From NCBI GenBank assembly GCA_964019425.1, contig OZ025789.1, forward strand, positions 558,001-622,000: a stretch of DNA of 64,000 nt. The letters are read 5' to 3'. A program made the position numbers and the translations under genes. The stretch is from Flectonema sp. DT1601. Taxonomy: Eukaryota. Under the pieces are notes generated by a model that saw nothing but the letters and a program-made list of their open reading frames with translations, made no database searches and was not told where the DNA came from. This document shows positions 54,607 through 64,000 of this stretch, piece by piece (positions within the stretch are counted from its first letter, which is position 1; each line of letters opens with the position of its first letter).

Positions 54607-56733
54607 ATGGCCATCAGACGTTCAACTAGAATTGCCTCGACTACCGTCCAGAGAAGATTCTCATGCGGGTTTGGTGATGCTGACTACCAGAAGGCATTCG
54701 GAAACATTCCGGGAACACCAGACAAGGCTCCATACAAGACAGCAGTGTTAGAATACTTAGACAACTTTGACGCCAACACCTGGACTACTGATCCAGTTCA
54801 GAGTATGATCAACGGAAAGGTTGTAGGTCAGGGAAACACCGTCGACACCATCGACGCCTTCGCCGCAAAGAACGGAAAGATGGTTCACGGTGATGCCGAA
54901 ACTATTGCTGCTCTTAAGAACCATCTTCACAATGTTGAGACTCCTGTTAAAGACTACAGAAAGGCTGCTCGTGAAATTGAAGATAAGTTCATTGGAGTTG
55001 AGTACGCCACTCCACTTATTGGAAACCAGGCAATGGACTTCAAGAAGCAGGATGGATTCACAGAGATCGAGGAGTGGGTTCAGGCTGCCACTGTTGAGCG
55101 TCGCCTTAACGACACCCTTCTCGCGAAGGAAGCCGCTGATGAAGTTCGCATTGGAAGAAACATCGCCTTCGTTGGGTGTGTTTCCAACTTCTCTAACTTC
55201 CTGGACCTTTCTCGTAAGGTACTTCGTAACATTGAGCTTGGTGTTCCTGTTTGTGTGTTGTCTCGTAGCAATACCACCCAGCACATGTACAGATGGTTTC
55301 AGATTCTTTCTACCCTTATGAAGGAACACGGAATCCCTCAGTCAATGGCCACCTACGCCTCGTTGGACGTTCAGGGACAGCGTGATTTGATTGCTTCATG
55401 TGAGAACAGCTCGATGTACTTCACTGGATCTCGTCAGGTAGCTGAAGCATTGAAGGAAGTCTGCCCTAACTTAATGTCTGCCACTGTTGGACCAAACACT
55501 TTAGTTGCCACAGAGTTGACCAAGGAGAACAAAGACGCCATCAGAATCTCCAGCACCATTGAGAACGCAGGACAGTGCACTCACGTTAGACATTTGGTAG
55601 CTCCATCAGTTAGTGAGAGTGATGTTCAGGAAATCTATGACGGAACTAACGTAGTCGACAGCATTACCGACGCTATCAAGAATGACTTCAGACCAGATGG
55701 TATGCTTGCTGGTCACCCAACCACTGCGACATCAGAGCCTTCATACACAGCTCACCCTTCAGGTATTGCTGCTTACAAAATCCGTGACTCTGAATTCCCA
55801 CCAGACCAAATGGACGAGAAGTGGAGACAGGCCTTCCTTGACGTCACCAGCGTAAAATCCGCTGACACCCTCAAGGAGAAGGGATTCCTTGACAACCTCG
55901 GCAGATGGTTAGTTCGTAACGGTCCAATCACTCTCGCTGTTAACGGATCAAATGATATCGCAAAGGAGTTATTTGAGAGATCATCAATGACTACTTACAC
56001 AATCGGTGATAACGATGCTCCAGCTCTTACCGTCTCCGCTCGTCCACAGGAGGGAGAGGCATTTGGAGAGTTTCCAGCCAGATCCACTCTTACTAGATTC
56101 ACCAAGTTCCCTGTCTTGGTTCCTTCATCTACTCCTTCATACCACACTGAGTACACTCCGAAATTCCTTGAGAGTATGGCCCAGGAGAAGGTAAGTGAAG
56201 GAGCTGGAAGAAAGCTTCAGGAAGCTGCTACTAGTGATGCCACAAAGGGATACCTCTCTGTGTTGAAGAACTTCATGTCTGAGGCTGCTGGAGTCAGGTC
56301 AAACACTAACCACAGACATGCTCGTACTGCTATTGCTGGATGGCAGAGACCACCACTCACTGACGCCAAGTCATGGGTTCGTGTTGAGAAGGACACCTCA
56401 GTTGATGCTGCAATTGTTGCTTGCTTCCCATACGTTGTAACAAACGCAGCTGAATGTCTTGCTGTTTCAGTTCACCCAGAAAACAAGGAAGTTATCAAGG
56501 CTCTAGGAGATCTTGTTACTTCCACTGAGGAGTCATTCGAGACACCAGTTGACTGCTACAACGTCACCAAGCCATCATACGATGGTGTTCCTTGTGCTGG
56601 TGGTGCTCCTCTTGCCGGTGCATTCCTCGCTCTTCACTTCCCAGTAGGTCACGTGAAGTGTTTGATTAAAGACAACCAGGAGTTTATTAACAAGTTCTCT
56701 GACTCCAGAAAGTGGTTGACTGTCTCTGCTTAA
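54607..56733 (+). CDS. Atypical aldehyde-dehydrogenase-fold protein, probably mitochondrial (708 aa)
   Basis: ATG at 54607 (MAIRRSTRIASTTVQRRFS, presequence-like). ALDH-like motifs SMING, VSNF, YFTGS, VGPN, ENAGQCT. C-ending codon bias suggests high expression. Confidence 0.72.
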   Translation: MAIRRSTRIASTTVQRRFSCGFGDADYQKAFGNIPGTPDKAPYKTAVLEYLDNFDANTWTTDPVQSMINGKVVGQGNTVDTIDAFAAKNGKMVHGDAETIAALKNHLHNVETPVKDYRKAAREIEDKFIGVEYATPLIGNQAMDFKKQDGFTEIEEWVQAATVERRLNDTLLAKEAADEVRIGRNIAFVGCVSNFSNFLDLSRKVLRNIELGVPVCVLSRSNTTQHMYRWFQILSTLMKEHGIPQSMATYASLDVQGQRDLIASCENSSMYFTGSRQVAEALKEVCPNLMSATVGPNTLVATELTKENKDAIRISSTIENAGQCTHVRHLVAPSVSESDVQEIYDGTNVVDSITDAIKNDFRPDGMLAGHPTTATSEPSYTAHPSGIAAYKIRDSEFPPDQMDEKWRQAFLDVTSVKSADTLKEKGFLDNLGRWLVRNGPITLAVNGSNDIAKELFERSSMTTYTIGDNDAPALTVSARPQEGEAFGEFPARSTLTRFTKFPVLVPSSTPSYHTEYTPKFLESMAQEKVSEGAGRKLQEAATSDATKGYLSVLKNFMSEAAGVRSNTNHRHARTAIAGWQRPPLTDAKSWVRVEKDTSVDAAIVACFPYVVTNAAECLAVSVHPENKEVIKALGDLVTSTEESFETPVDCYNVTKPSYDGVPCAGGAPLAGAFLALHFPVGHVKCLIKDNQEFINKFSDSRKWLTVSA

Positions 56734-58534
56734 ATGGGTCTGTAGGTCACGTTTGTTTGAGTCCCTCCCTAAAAAGCGCTTGCCATGAAAAAAAACCAAC
56801 AATTTTTTTTTTTAAAAAAATAATATGAAATCATTACGAGAAAAAAAATACCACGAGGTGTTGATCAACCTTTAAGAGAAAAAAAACAAGGAAAAAAAAA
56901 AAAAAAAAAAAAAAAAAACGTTATCGTCGTTCTCGAGCCACCTTTCTATTAATGAAAACGATTCCCCGGACGATCCCCGGCACAGGAGGGCAGCATGTTT
57001 ATGTCAATTTAACAGTATTCTAAATGCTTGTATCAGCTTCCCGTTTTCCCTGTTTTTTTTTTTTTTTTTTTTTTTTTTTTCCTCCTCCATTTTTTGCAAA
57101 TCGAAAAGCAAGCGCAGTGGCGTTATATAAGAAAAAGAAGAAAAAGAGAAAAATGAAAACCTGATTTATTGTGTGCAATGATTAAAAAAAAAAAAAATAA
57201 AAAAAAAATAACAATCTTCGAGTGTGTAGTCTACAATGGTCCTTTAGTGATTGTGCCTCATGGTAATTGCTGAGGAACCGGCTGTTGCTCAATTACCTTT
57301 TAACTTCAACGTGCTGTTGCCTGCTGCCAAAAAACTTGCTGTTCGTTTTCCAGTTCCCCCTGCGAGCATTGCAAAGAAAACGTCTCCTCCCACATCGCTG
57401 TTTGACGGCAGTTCTCTAATTCTTCTTCTCTTTTTGAGTAATAATCGTTGAGTGCATTCTGTTGATTAGAAATAAGAGGATCGCCTCGGTGGTGGTCAGT
57501 GTGCATATCCTCAACGATTCCATTCTCGGTATTCCTCTCTCAAATCTCTTTTCCCCCCGCAACTATATAGTTCCACACTCGAAAGTTCGGGAAGCCACCG
57601 CGCTTTGCGATAATATGGACGTGTATTGTCCCGTTTTCCCTTTTTTTAATTTTTTATATTTATTCTTTCCAGTTGATCCCTCAGAAGCAGTGCAATGCTC
57701 GTTTTCTTTTGAGGCTGTTGATTTGGGTGAACAAATGGAAATCGAAAAAAAACAAAAAGAAATAAGAAAAAGAGAATTCAGATGGTTCTATTTTCGAACT
57801 TATTTCATTTTTCTAACATTGACAAAAGTCAAGATTAAAAAAAAAAAAAAAAAAAAAAAGCAATACAAGACAAAAATTTATTCACCGTGCGGAAACTACG
57901 GTTGAAATGGTTGACTTCAACGCGGAAGCATCCTCGAAATGTGTTTTATACCTGACGTTGACTGTCATTAAATACAACGAGGAAAAAAGGAAAAAGAAAA
58001 AGAAGAAAAAAAAAAAAAAATATTTATAACAACGGAAGGATTGCTCCAATATTGTTTTTTAATTATCTAATTTTTTTCTTCTTTTTTTTTTTCTTTCCCC
58101 CCTCAATCGTTGAAGATGAACGATCCTTGTAGTAAGGGAAAACAAAACGAAACAAAAAAAAATTTGAAAGACTTAAAAAAAGAAACAACCAAGAGAAAAA
58201 AAAAGGATTTTATACTTCGATTAGTCTGTTTTTTTCTGAGCGATTGTTCGTTTTTTTTTTTTTTTTTTTTTAAACCTTATTAATCATTCAACAGGGCAAA
58301 ACCAAATGGCGTAAACAAGATTAACAGAACAGATGGGTGGATGAAACAGGTCAACCGATCGATATGTGCGCTATTGCATTGAGGTGGTGCAAGCCCGCAA
58401 CAAGAGTATTATTTGCCCTATTTAGTCGCGATTCAATTATGTAGTACAGTTAGTGATTATTTTTAGATATGTAAACTTGGTTTTCACTTCATTAAAATTT
58501 TAGTATTCATTTACACCAACAGGATGACGGGTAA

Positions 58535-61126
58535 ATGTCAAGCACGCGAAGCTTGTCCATTGAAAGCGACAGCAGTTTGGAAATCGACCCGTCGAGAACT
58601 GCGACTGAAATCTCGAATTCTATAATTGATAGTTCACGTGATGATGACAGCATAACATTTTGTCAACGAAGTGGTACATCGAAGCATTCAGAACCAACAC
58701 ATGAAACAGAAAGCACTACAAGTTCTGAGGTTTGGAGAAGGAAAAAGGCCGTCGAAGATGACTCCGACTCCTCCTTAAGTATAAGATCAGCACCGCTAAC
58801 AGACACTGGGTCATCTAGAGTATCACCACATGCTCGTGGAAGAGCAACATTTTCAAGTCGAAGAAGTCATGATTCACTCGATGATTTAAAAAATAATTCA
58901 GTTTCTGACAAAGATGGAACAGAGAATAGTCCTACACATGACACTTTAAAAGTAAAGAAGGTCACAAGCAGCATGAGTGGAGAGAGTGACTACAGTGACA
59001 CGCACCTGACTACTCCGGGAATACGAAAATCAAACAACAGAAAAATTAAAAAACTAAACAAAAAAACCCAACCCACAGTAGAATACGAACTAAGCACCGA
59101 CGACGGTGAAGCTGTTGGATGTACTCCTACAACGGAAAGAAATAAAATAATAGAAAACAGTACCACAACAAGTATCAATGGAGCCTTCAGTAAAGAAGTG
59201 GAGTCTGATATCCCGATTATTACTGTTACGGAAAATGGTACTGTTAGTTCACCATTTCGCCTGACACCTCCTGAGGAAAACATCAATAATGTTGATAGTA
59301 ATACATCGATGGAGTGGTTTCGGGACTCGTCTAATCATATTAATCAGAGTATGGTAAGTCCTCCTCCTCGTAACTCAAAACAGTTAGATTACGTCTCAGG
59401 TAGAATGAGAAGGAATTTCACAAAGAAATATAGAGCATACTCAGCCAAGGATAATGGTAAATATTCGAATCGACAATATCAGCCATCACCACAACTACGA
59501 AGAGCAGCATCAGCCCCTCCCAGACCTCGTAGAGTAAAGTCATCTACTCCAGAAAAAGAAAGTAGTGAACAGTCATCATCAGTTCACACTGTACCACCAA
59601 GCAAGGGAAGAATGTACAACGGTAATGGAGATTTTAGAGAACGAGTTTGCTTTAGAAATGATAAGAGGTATCCTCCAACGTCGAACTCTTCTCTTGCATG
59701 GTCACCCCAACCCCACAAGAGTGTCAACGGTAATGGTCGGAATGCTCCACTTGTGTGGGAGGAATCATCTTTCAACAGCATTGGTTATAATAACAGTGAT
59801 TCTCATGGAACTAATAATAACATAACATCTTTTACTACTCTTCTTCACTCGGTCACATCTATAACGCAAGCCAATCAACTTGAACATCGTTTAGCATCTA
59901 AGCTGCTTGGTGGCTTTGATCACCAAAATTCTGATAAACACGTTCTCCAATTGGAAGGTCTTTGTGCTAATATGTTGGCTTCGAATATGCGTGAAAAACA
60001 TCGAAGAATGACTCAACTAGCTCATAGCATATCAATTTTAGAACAAGCGAATTTCATAAAATTAGTTGGCAGGTACTACCTTCGTTTGATAACAGTTCTA
60101 CAACGAGGTGTTGAATTCCCTCACAGAGAGTTGAGTAATGATAACTCAATCAGGTATAAGGTACTATCAATAAAAGGAAATATGTTGGAAGATGAGGTTG
60201 TTCGATTGATCGCCACACAACTGGCAACAATTGACGCTCATTGCAATACAAGTAGAAAGAATGTTATCGCTGATGAGATGGTTTCTAGAATATACATTCG
60301 ATCACTTAGAACAACAATTGACATGTACTATTATCGATATAATGAAATATTAACAGATGAGACTGTTGAGAGACGCGGTTTATTTAAGAAATCAGTTTTT
60401 GTACAGCGACACAGCAATAGAGATCACACAACTAACGATGCTGTCCGTCCCTACCTCGGAATTGAAATTTCTAACGGAATTAGTTACGCAGGTAACAGAT
60501 TTACTGAAACGGGAGCTTTACTGACTGGCACTGATGGTGTTGTTGTCGTTGCTGTGGATCTGAAGGGTCCATCTGCACGTTGTTTAAGGCAGTCGGATAT
60601 CATCACACATGTTAATGGTGAATATATTGTGGATGCTCAATCATTTAAAAGGGTTGTTTCGCTTCTTACTTCGGATACTTGGAAACGTATTACCGTTGAA
60701 TTTCTCCGAGCCACTGAACACAGCGATGATTTCACGTACTTCACTGAGTGTGTTGGAACTATAGGAGCGACAGCAACTACTAAACCTCTTCAACAGAAGA
60801 AAGCAACTTGTCAGTTTGGTAGAAAACCGAATCTTTGGACTGCAAGGAGGTCACCAACAAGAGGAAAGAGTTGTCCAACACACTCTCGATCACCACCAGC
60901 TGTTAGAAGACCGTCCCCGAGTAGGATTTCTCCAATTGCTGGTCGACTGTCTCCAGGTCGAATCAACAGATCTCCTGTTCGAGTCAGTCGATCGCCAATC
61001 CGACGTAATTCTGTTGAGCTACGAACTCCACCATCCCCATGGGCTGTTGGTTCCGTACTCAAATCTCGATCACCTTCACCCCGAAAACTGTATACAAACA
61101 GTCCCGGTAGTCTTGTTGAGTACTAA
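58535..61126 (+). CDS. Ser-rich protein with C-terminal PDZ-like domain and RSP-rich tail (863 aa)
   Basis: PYLGIEIS...GVVVVAVDLKGPSARCLRQSDIITHVNG is PDZ-like. Low-complexity N-terminus and repeated R-S-P motifs at the end. Confidence 0.75.
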   Translation: MSSTRSLSIESDSSLEIDPSRTATEISNSIIDSSRDDDSITFCQRSGTSKHSEPTHETESTTSSEVWRRKKAVEDDSDSSLSIRSAPLTDTGSSRVSPHARGRATFSSRRSHDSLDDLKNNSVSDKDGTENSPTHDTLKVKKVTSSMSGESDYSDTHLTTPGIRKSNNRKIKKLNKKTQPTVEYELSTDDGEAVGCTPTTERNKIIENSTTTSINGAFSKEVESDIPIITVTENGTVSSPFRLTPPEENINNVDSNTSMEWFRDSSNHINQSMVSPPPRNSKQLDYVSGRMRRNFTKKYRAYSAKDNGKYSNRQYQPSPQLRRAASAPPRPRRVKSSTPEKESSEQSSSVHTVPPSKGRMYNGNGDFRERVCFRNDKRYPPTSNSSLAWSPQPHKSVNGNGRNAPLVWEESSFNSIGYNNSDSHGTNNNITSFTTLLHSVTSITQANQLEHRLASKLLGGFDHQNSDKHVLQLEGLCANMLASNMREKHRRMTQLAHSISILEQANFIKLVGRYYLRLITVLQRGVEFPHRELSNDNSIRYKVLSIKGNMLEDEVVRLIATQLATIDAHCNTSRKNVIADEMVSRIYIRSLRTTIDMYYYRYNEILTDETVERRGLFKKSVFVQRHSNRDHTTNDAVRPYLGIEISNGISYAGNRFTETGALLTGTDGVVVVAVDLKGPSARCLRQSDIITHVNGEYIVDAQSFKRVVSLLTSDTWKRITVEFLRATEHSDDFTYFTECVGTIGATATTKPLQQKKATCQFGRKPNLWTARRSPTRGKSCPTHSRSPPAVRRPSPSRISPIAGRLSPGRINRSPVRVSRSPIRRNSVELRTPPSPWAVGSVLKSRSPSPRKLYTNSPGSLVEY

Positions 61127-61598
61127 GCCGATTTACGCTAACTGTGGCGTATATTGCTGGATTCATTTTCTTGTTCTGCCGCTTCAATTGTGGTATATAT
61201 TTTTTGTACACATAATCCCCATTTTTTTTGTAATTCCGTTTTCGACTAAACGCATTTACTTGTACGAATTAACCGTCTGTTTTTGTATAAGTATTTTGAA
61301 AATTTTTTAAAGTTTCAAAAATAAAAATAAAAAAGATTAATTTTTCCTTTAAATTAGTCCCTTGACCTTTAGTTACTGCTGAAGGCGGAGGAACGACTGT
61401 TTTTTTTTTTTTTTTTTTTTTTGCTTGTGATGTTCAATAGAGAAAAAATGATTTTTTTTTTCTTCTTTTTCCCACCCTGCAGGATTCAAGAACTGCCTTC
61501 TTGTCTGTTTCAGTTGTAGCATTTCAAAAATTGACTTTGTTAATTAAAGTGAATAAAATTATTTCTTCAGACTACTAGGTTTCTGTAAATACGAAAAA

Positions 61599-62489
61599 AT
61601 GTTGAGAAACAGAAAAGCTGCAAAAGACACTTCACAGGTTTCACAACCGTTATTAGGTGCGGGTGCGCCTGCTGGACCACATCCAGCATTTGTGCAACTA
61701 CCGAAACAGGGGAGTGGTAGTTGTTCAGGCCCTAAGAAAAATGGAGGATTATCTAAGGCTGGTAGGATGCTTATTGACTTATTTTATGCAATCACTGACG
61801 TTATACCTGGAATGTCATTAGTACCAGAGGTTACAGACTACGAGTTAGGGCTGCTTGAGCCATTTAAAATTAATGTTGCTTTTCCATACGATTCTTCTGA
61901 CGAATCTCACTCATCGAAACTACATCTCCTTTGGCAAGCATGCAGCTCTGAACCAGCTCCTGAGCAATTAGTTTCTGAAACATGGAAGGACTTTGGGTTT
62001 CAGGGAATTGATCCTGCGACAGACTTTCGTGGAGGAGGTATTTTTTCACTTACAAACTTATTAGTGCTGAATGCAATTAACAGAACGTTGTTTGTTAAAG
62101 TGCTGCAGTCTGAGATGCCGTTAGCGATTGCAGGAATTAACGTAACTATGATGTTGTTGCACTTATTGCAACTAACGAAACACAAAACTTGTTTTAGTAC
62201 TTCTCACAACCCAAACACTGTCGCGGCACGGACGGCTAGGAAGAATTTTGTGAGGATACTACTGTCAGAATCATACAGCTCTTCGACGTCTGAGGAACGC
62301 ATCAAAGAAATGGGTCGCGCTTTTGGAGAAGTATACTGTATTGCTTTTGAAAATTTATTTAATATTTGGAAAGAGGAAAACGGAAACATAATGAACTTTA
62401 ATTCTATGCTTTTGAAGTGTAGGAACGCGATGGAAATAAAACTCCGGGTCTGTGTTTCAATTGATGAGCTAATGAGTATGGAAATGTGA
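61599..62489 (+). CDS. ELMO/CED-12 domain protein, ELMOD-like Arf/Arl GAP (296 aa)
   Basis: PYDSSDESH...LW, WKDFGFQGIDPATDFRGGGIFSLTNL, PLAIAGINVT, W...IMNFN. Confidence 0.9.
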   Translation: MLRNRKAAKDTSQVSQPLLGAGAPAGPHPAFVQLPKQGSGSCSGPKKNGGLSKAGRMLIDLFYAITDVIPGMSLVPEVTDYELGLLEPFKINVAFPYDSSDESHSSKLHLLWQACSSEPAPEQLVSETWKDFGFQGIDPATDFRGGGIFSLTNLLVLNAINRTLFVKVLQSEMPLAIAGINVTMMLLHLLQLTKHKTCFSTSHNPNTVAARTARKNFVRILLSESYSSSTSEERIKEMGRAFGEVYCIAFENLFNIWKEENGNIMNFNSMLLKCRNAMEIKLRVCVSIDELMSMEM

Positions 62490-63472
62490 ACAATTCCGCG
62501 ACCACAGCGGACTTCTTTACGATTACATAGGACCGGTTGACGAGAATCAGACCTCCGATTGCCACTACTGTGGATAGTGTCATATTTAAATGACAATTTG
62601 TTCACCAAGTCCCTATTTTCTGTGTGATGTTTTTTTTTTATCTTTACAATATCCAAAGCTTCTTTTTTTTTTTTCCCCCCTATCGCTTTTTTTTCTTTCT
62701 TCACCCTGCCCCTGTCTGCTTTTCTTTCCATTCTAGCCAGGTTAGTTTTATTTTCATTTTTTTTTTTTCCTTTCTTTCTTCTTTTCCGAATCTTCTTAGA
62801 AAGAAGGCAACAGGAGAACACAGAATTGTTAGATAGAGTATTGTTATGTCGTTTTTTTTTTTTTTTTTAAACCCGTTCCCATTTCCCCCTCCTGCCCTCC
62901 ATTTCTTTTTCAGCCATTGCGATAGTTGTTCAGATGTTGTCTAATACCTATTCTATCTATTTGTGAGTGTGGTTACTCTTTTTTAACATACTACGCCAAG
63001 GCGGACAGTAAGCTGTTTATACCATAATTTCGTCCCATGTAATTGCCTCAGTATTTACTTTCCTAATAAAAGAGGAGTAAATCGGTTTTATGTAAAATCA
63101 TTAGTGGCAACTTCGAAAAAAAAAAAAAAAAAAACAACAAACAACAACCCACTTGAGTTGCCGAAAAAAAAAAAAAAAAAAAAAAACTGATAGAAAAAAA
63201 TAGAGGTAACGGGGGACAAAAAAAAAACACACTACCACCCAGCCTTGCAATCTTGAGGCATTCAGGGTGCTATAATAGACAACAGAATTATCGCCTTTTT
63301 TAGTGAGTGAGAGAAGCTTTTGCTTAGCCTCTCGAAGTTTAATACAATAACAAAAAGGCAAAACCCCGACAGGGCGGATTATTACACTAAAAACAGATGA
63401 TTGAAAAAAAAATTATGATTTTTTTTTTTAAATTCACAGCATCTGTACACACACACTGACACATGTTATATA

Positions 63473-64000
63473 ATGCCTAAGAGAACGCGACGTTCTCAAC
63501 CAACCAATGAAGAGTTGAAGACTTGGGGAGCTGATAAGCAAATCGACTTCGATGAAACGGAGAAATTAACTTCCAGTAGGATCGCAACGTTTACGATAGC
63601 TGTTTATGTTTTTGGTCAGGCTATTGGTGTGTGGGTTGTTATTACGAGGCAGAATTCGTTGTCTTTGTCTGCGAAGAAAGGTGACTATCAACTATCAGTT
63701 TTATTTACTGCCCTGACAATCTTGACTGACTCGGTGTACTACTCCATGATTAATGGTGATCCTGGAAGATTACTGCGAGAGGACCAAATGAGTCTCGAAA
63801 TTAATTCCGAAGTCGCTTCATTAATGAATAACGCAGAACAACACTTATCTGATGACCTACGAGATGCTCAAAACTGTAAATATTGTCGCACAACTAGATT
63901 ACTACGAGCCAAACACTGCCACCAATGTGGATGTTGCGTAGCAAGGTTCGACCATCATTGCTATTGGATATATAATTGTGTTGGAGCAAAGAATCATTGT
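63473..64000 (+). CDS. DHHC palmitoyltransferase (3'-truncated by window end; not in the ORF track)
   Basis: Open from ATG 63473 (MPKRTRRS) to the window end. Two TM segments, DPG motif, and CKYCRTTRLLRAKHCHQCGCCVARFDHHCYWIYNCVGAKNH. Confidence 0.93.
   Translation, partial: MPKRTRRSQPTNEELKTWGADKQIDFDETEKLTSSRIATFTIAVYVFGQAIGVWVVITRQNSLSLSAKKGDYQLSVLFTALTILTDSVYYSMINGDPGRLLREDQMSLEINSEVASLMNNAEQHLSDDLRDAQNCKYCRTTRLLRAKHCHQCGCCVARFDHHCYWIYNCVGAKNHC

Noticed and set aside
54757..55329. 190-aa antisense ORF within the ALDH-like gene
   Set aside because: This is an expected shadow of strong codon bias on the sense strand, with no motifs.
8806..62489. Functional link between the Arf-like GTPase and the ELMOD GAP
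   Set aside because: They are 52 kb apart among unrelated genes, and neighbours here show no functional clustering.
77..63190. Many A/T homopolymers of similar length (about 24-28 nt) as a biological signal
   Set aside because: The similar lengths could reflect sequencing or polishing limits and cannot be judged without raw reads.

Overview
AT-rich eukaryotic genomic DNA with many long poly(A)/poly(T) runs. Every recognisable gene lies on the + strand, most are intronless, a few have short GT-AG introns with A/C-rich 3' ends, and many start codons have a YAG a few to ~40 nt upstream. This resembles the polycistronic, trans-spliced organisation of a euglenozoan, possibly a diplonemid; that assignment is inference. 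Genes include a TPR protein, a bacterial-type Asp/Glu racemase, two degenerate class III cyclase-like membrane proteins, an atypical Arf-like GTPase, an ARMET-C/SAP-like secreted protein, an ABCB half-transporter, an AlkB-like dioxygenase, a MAP3K-like kinase, a MidA/NDUFAF7-like protein, cytochrome b5, DDX56/Dbp9, CPT1 (2 introns), an atypical ALDH-fold protein, a PDZ protein, an ELMO-domain protein and a partial DHHC palmitoyltransferase. A 7-copy tandem array encodes a secreted stand-alone MRH-like lectin with mosaic variation. The strongest discovery candidate is a ~150-180 bp dispersed element in two copies (25319-25497, 45312-45461), each flanked by an apparent 16-18 bp target-site duplication. 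It carries a complete hammerhead ribozyme core in a non-circularly permuted strand order. All calls were made by eye; no searches or folding were run.
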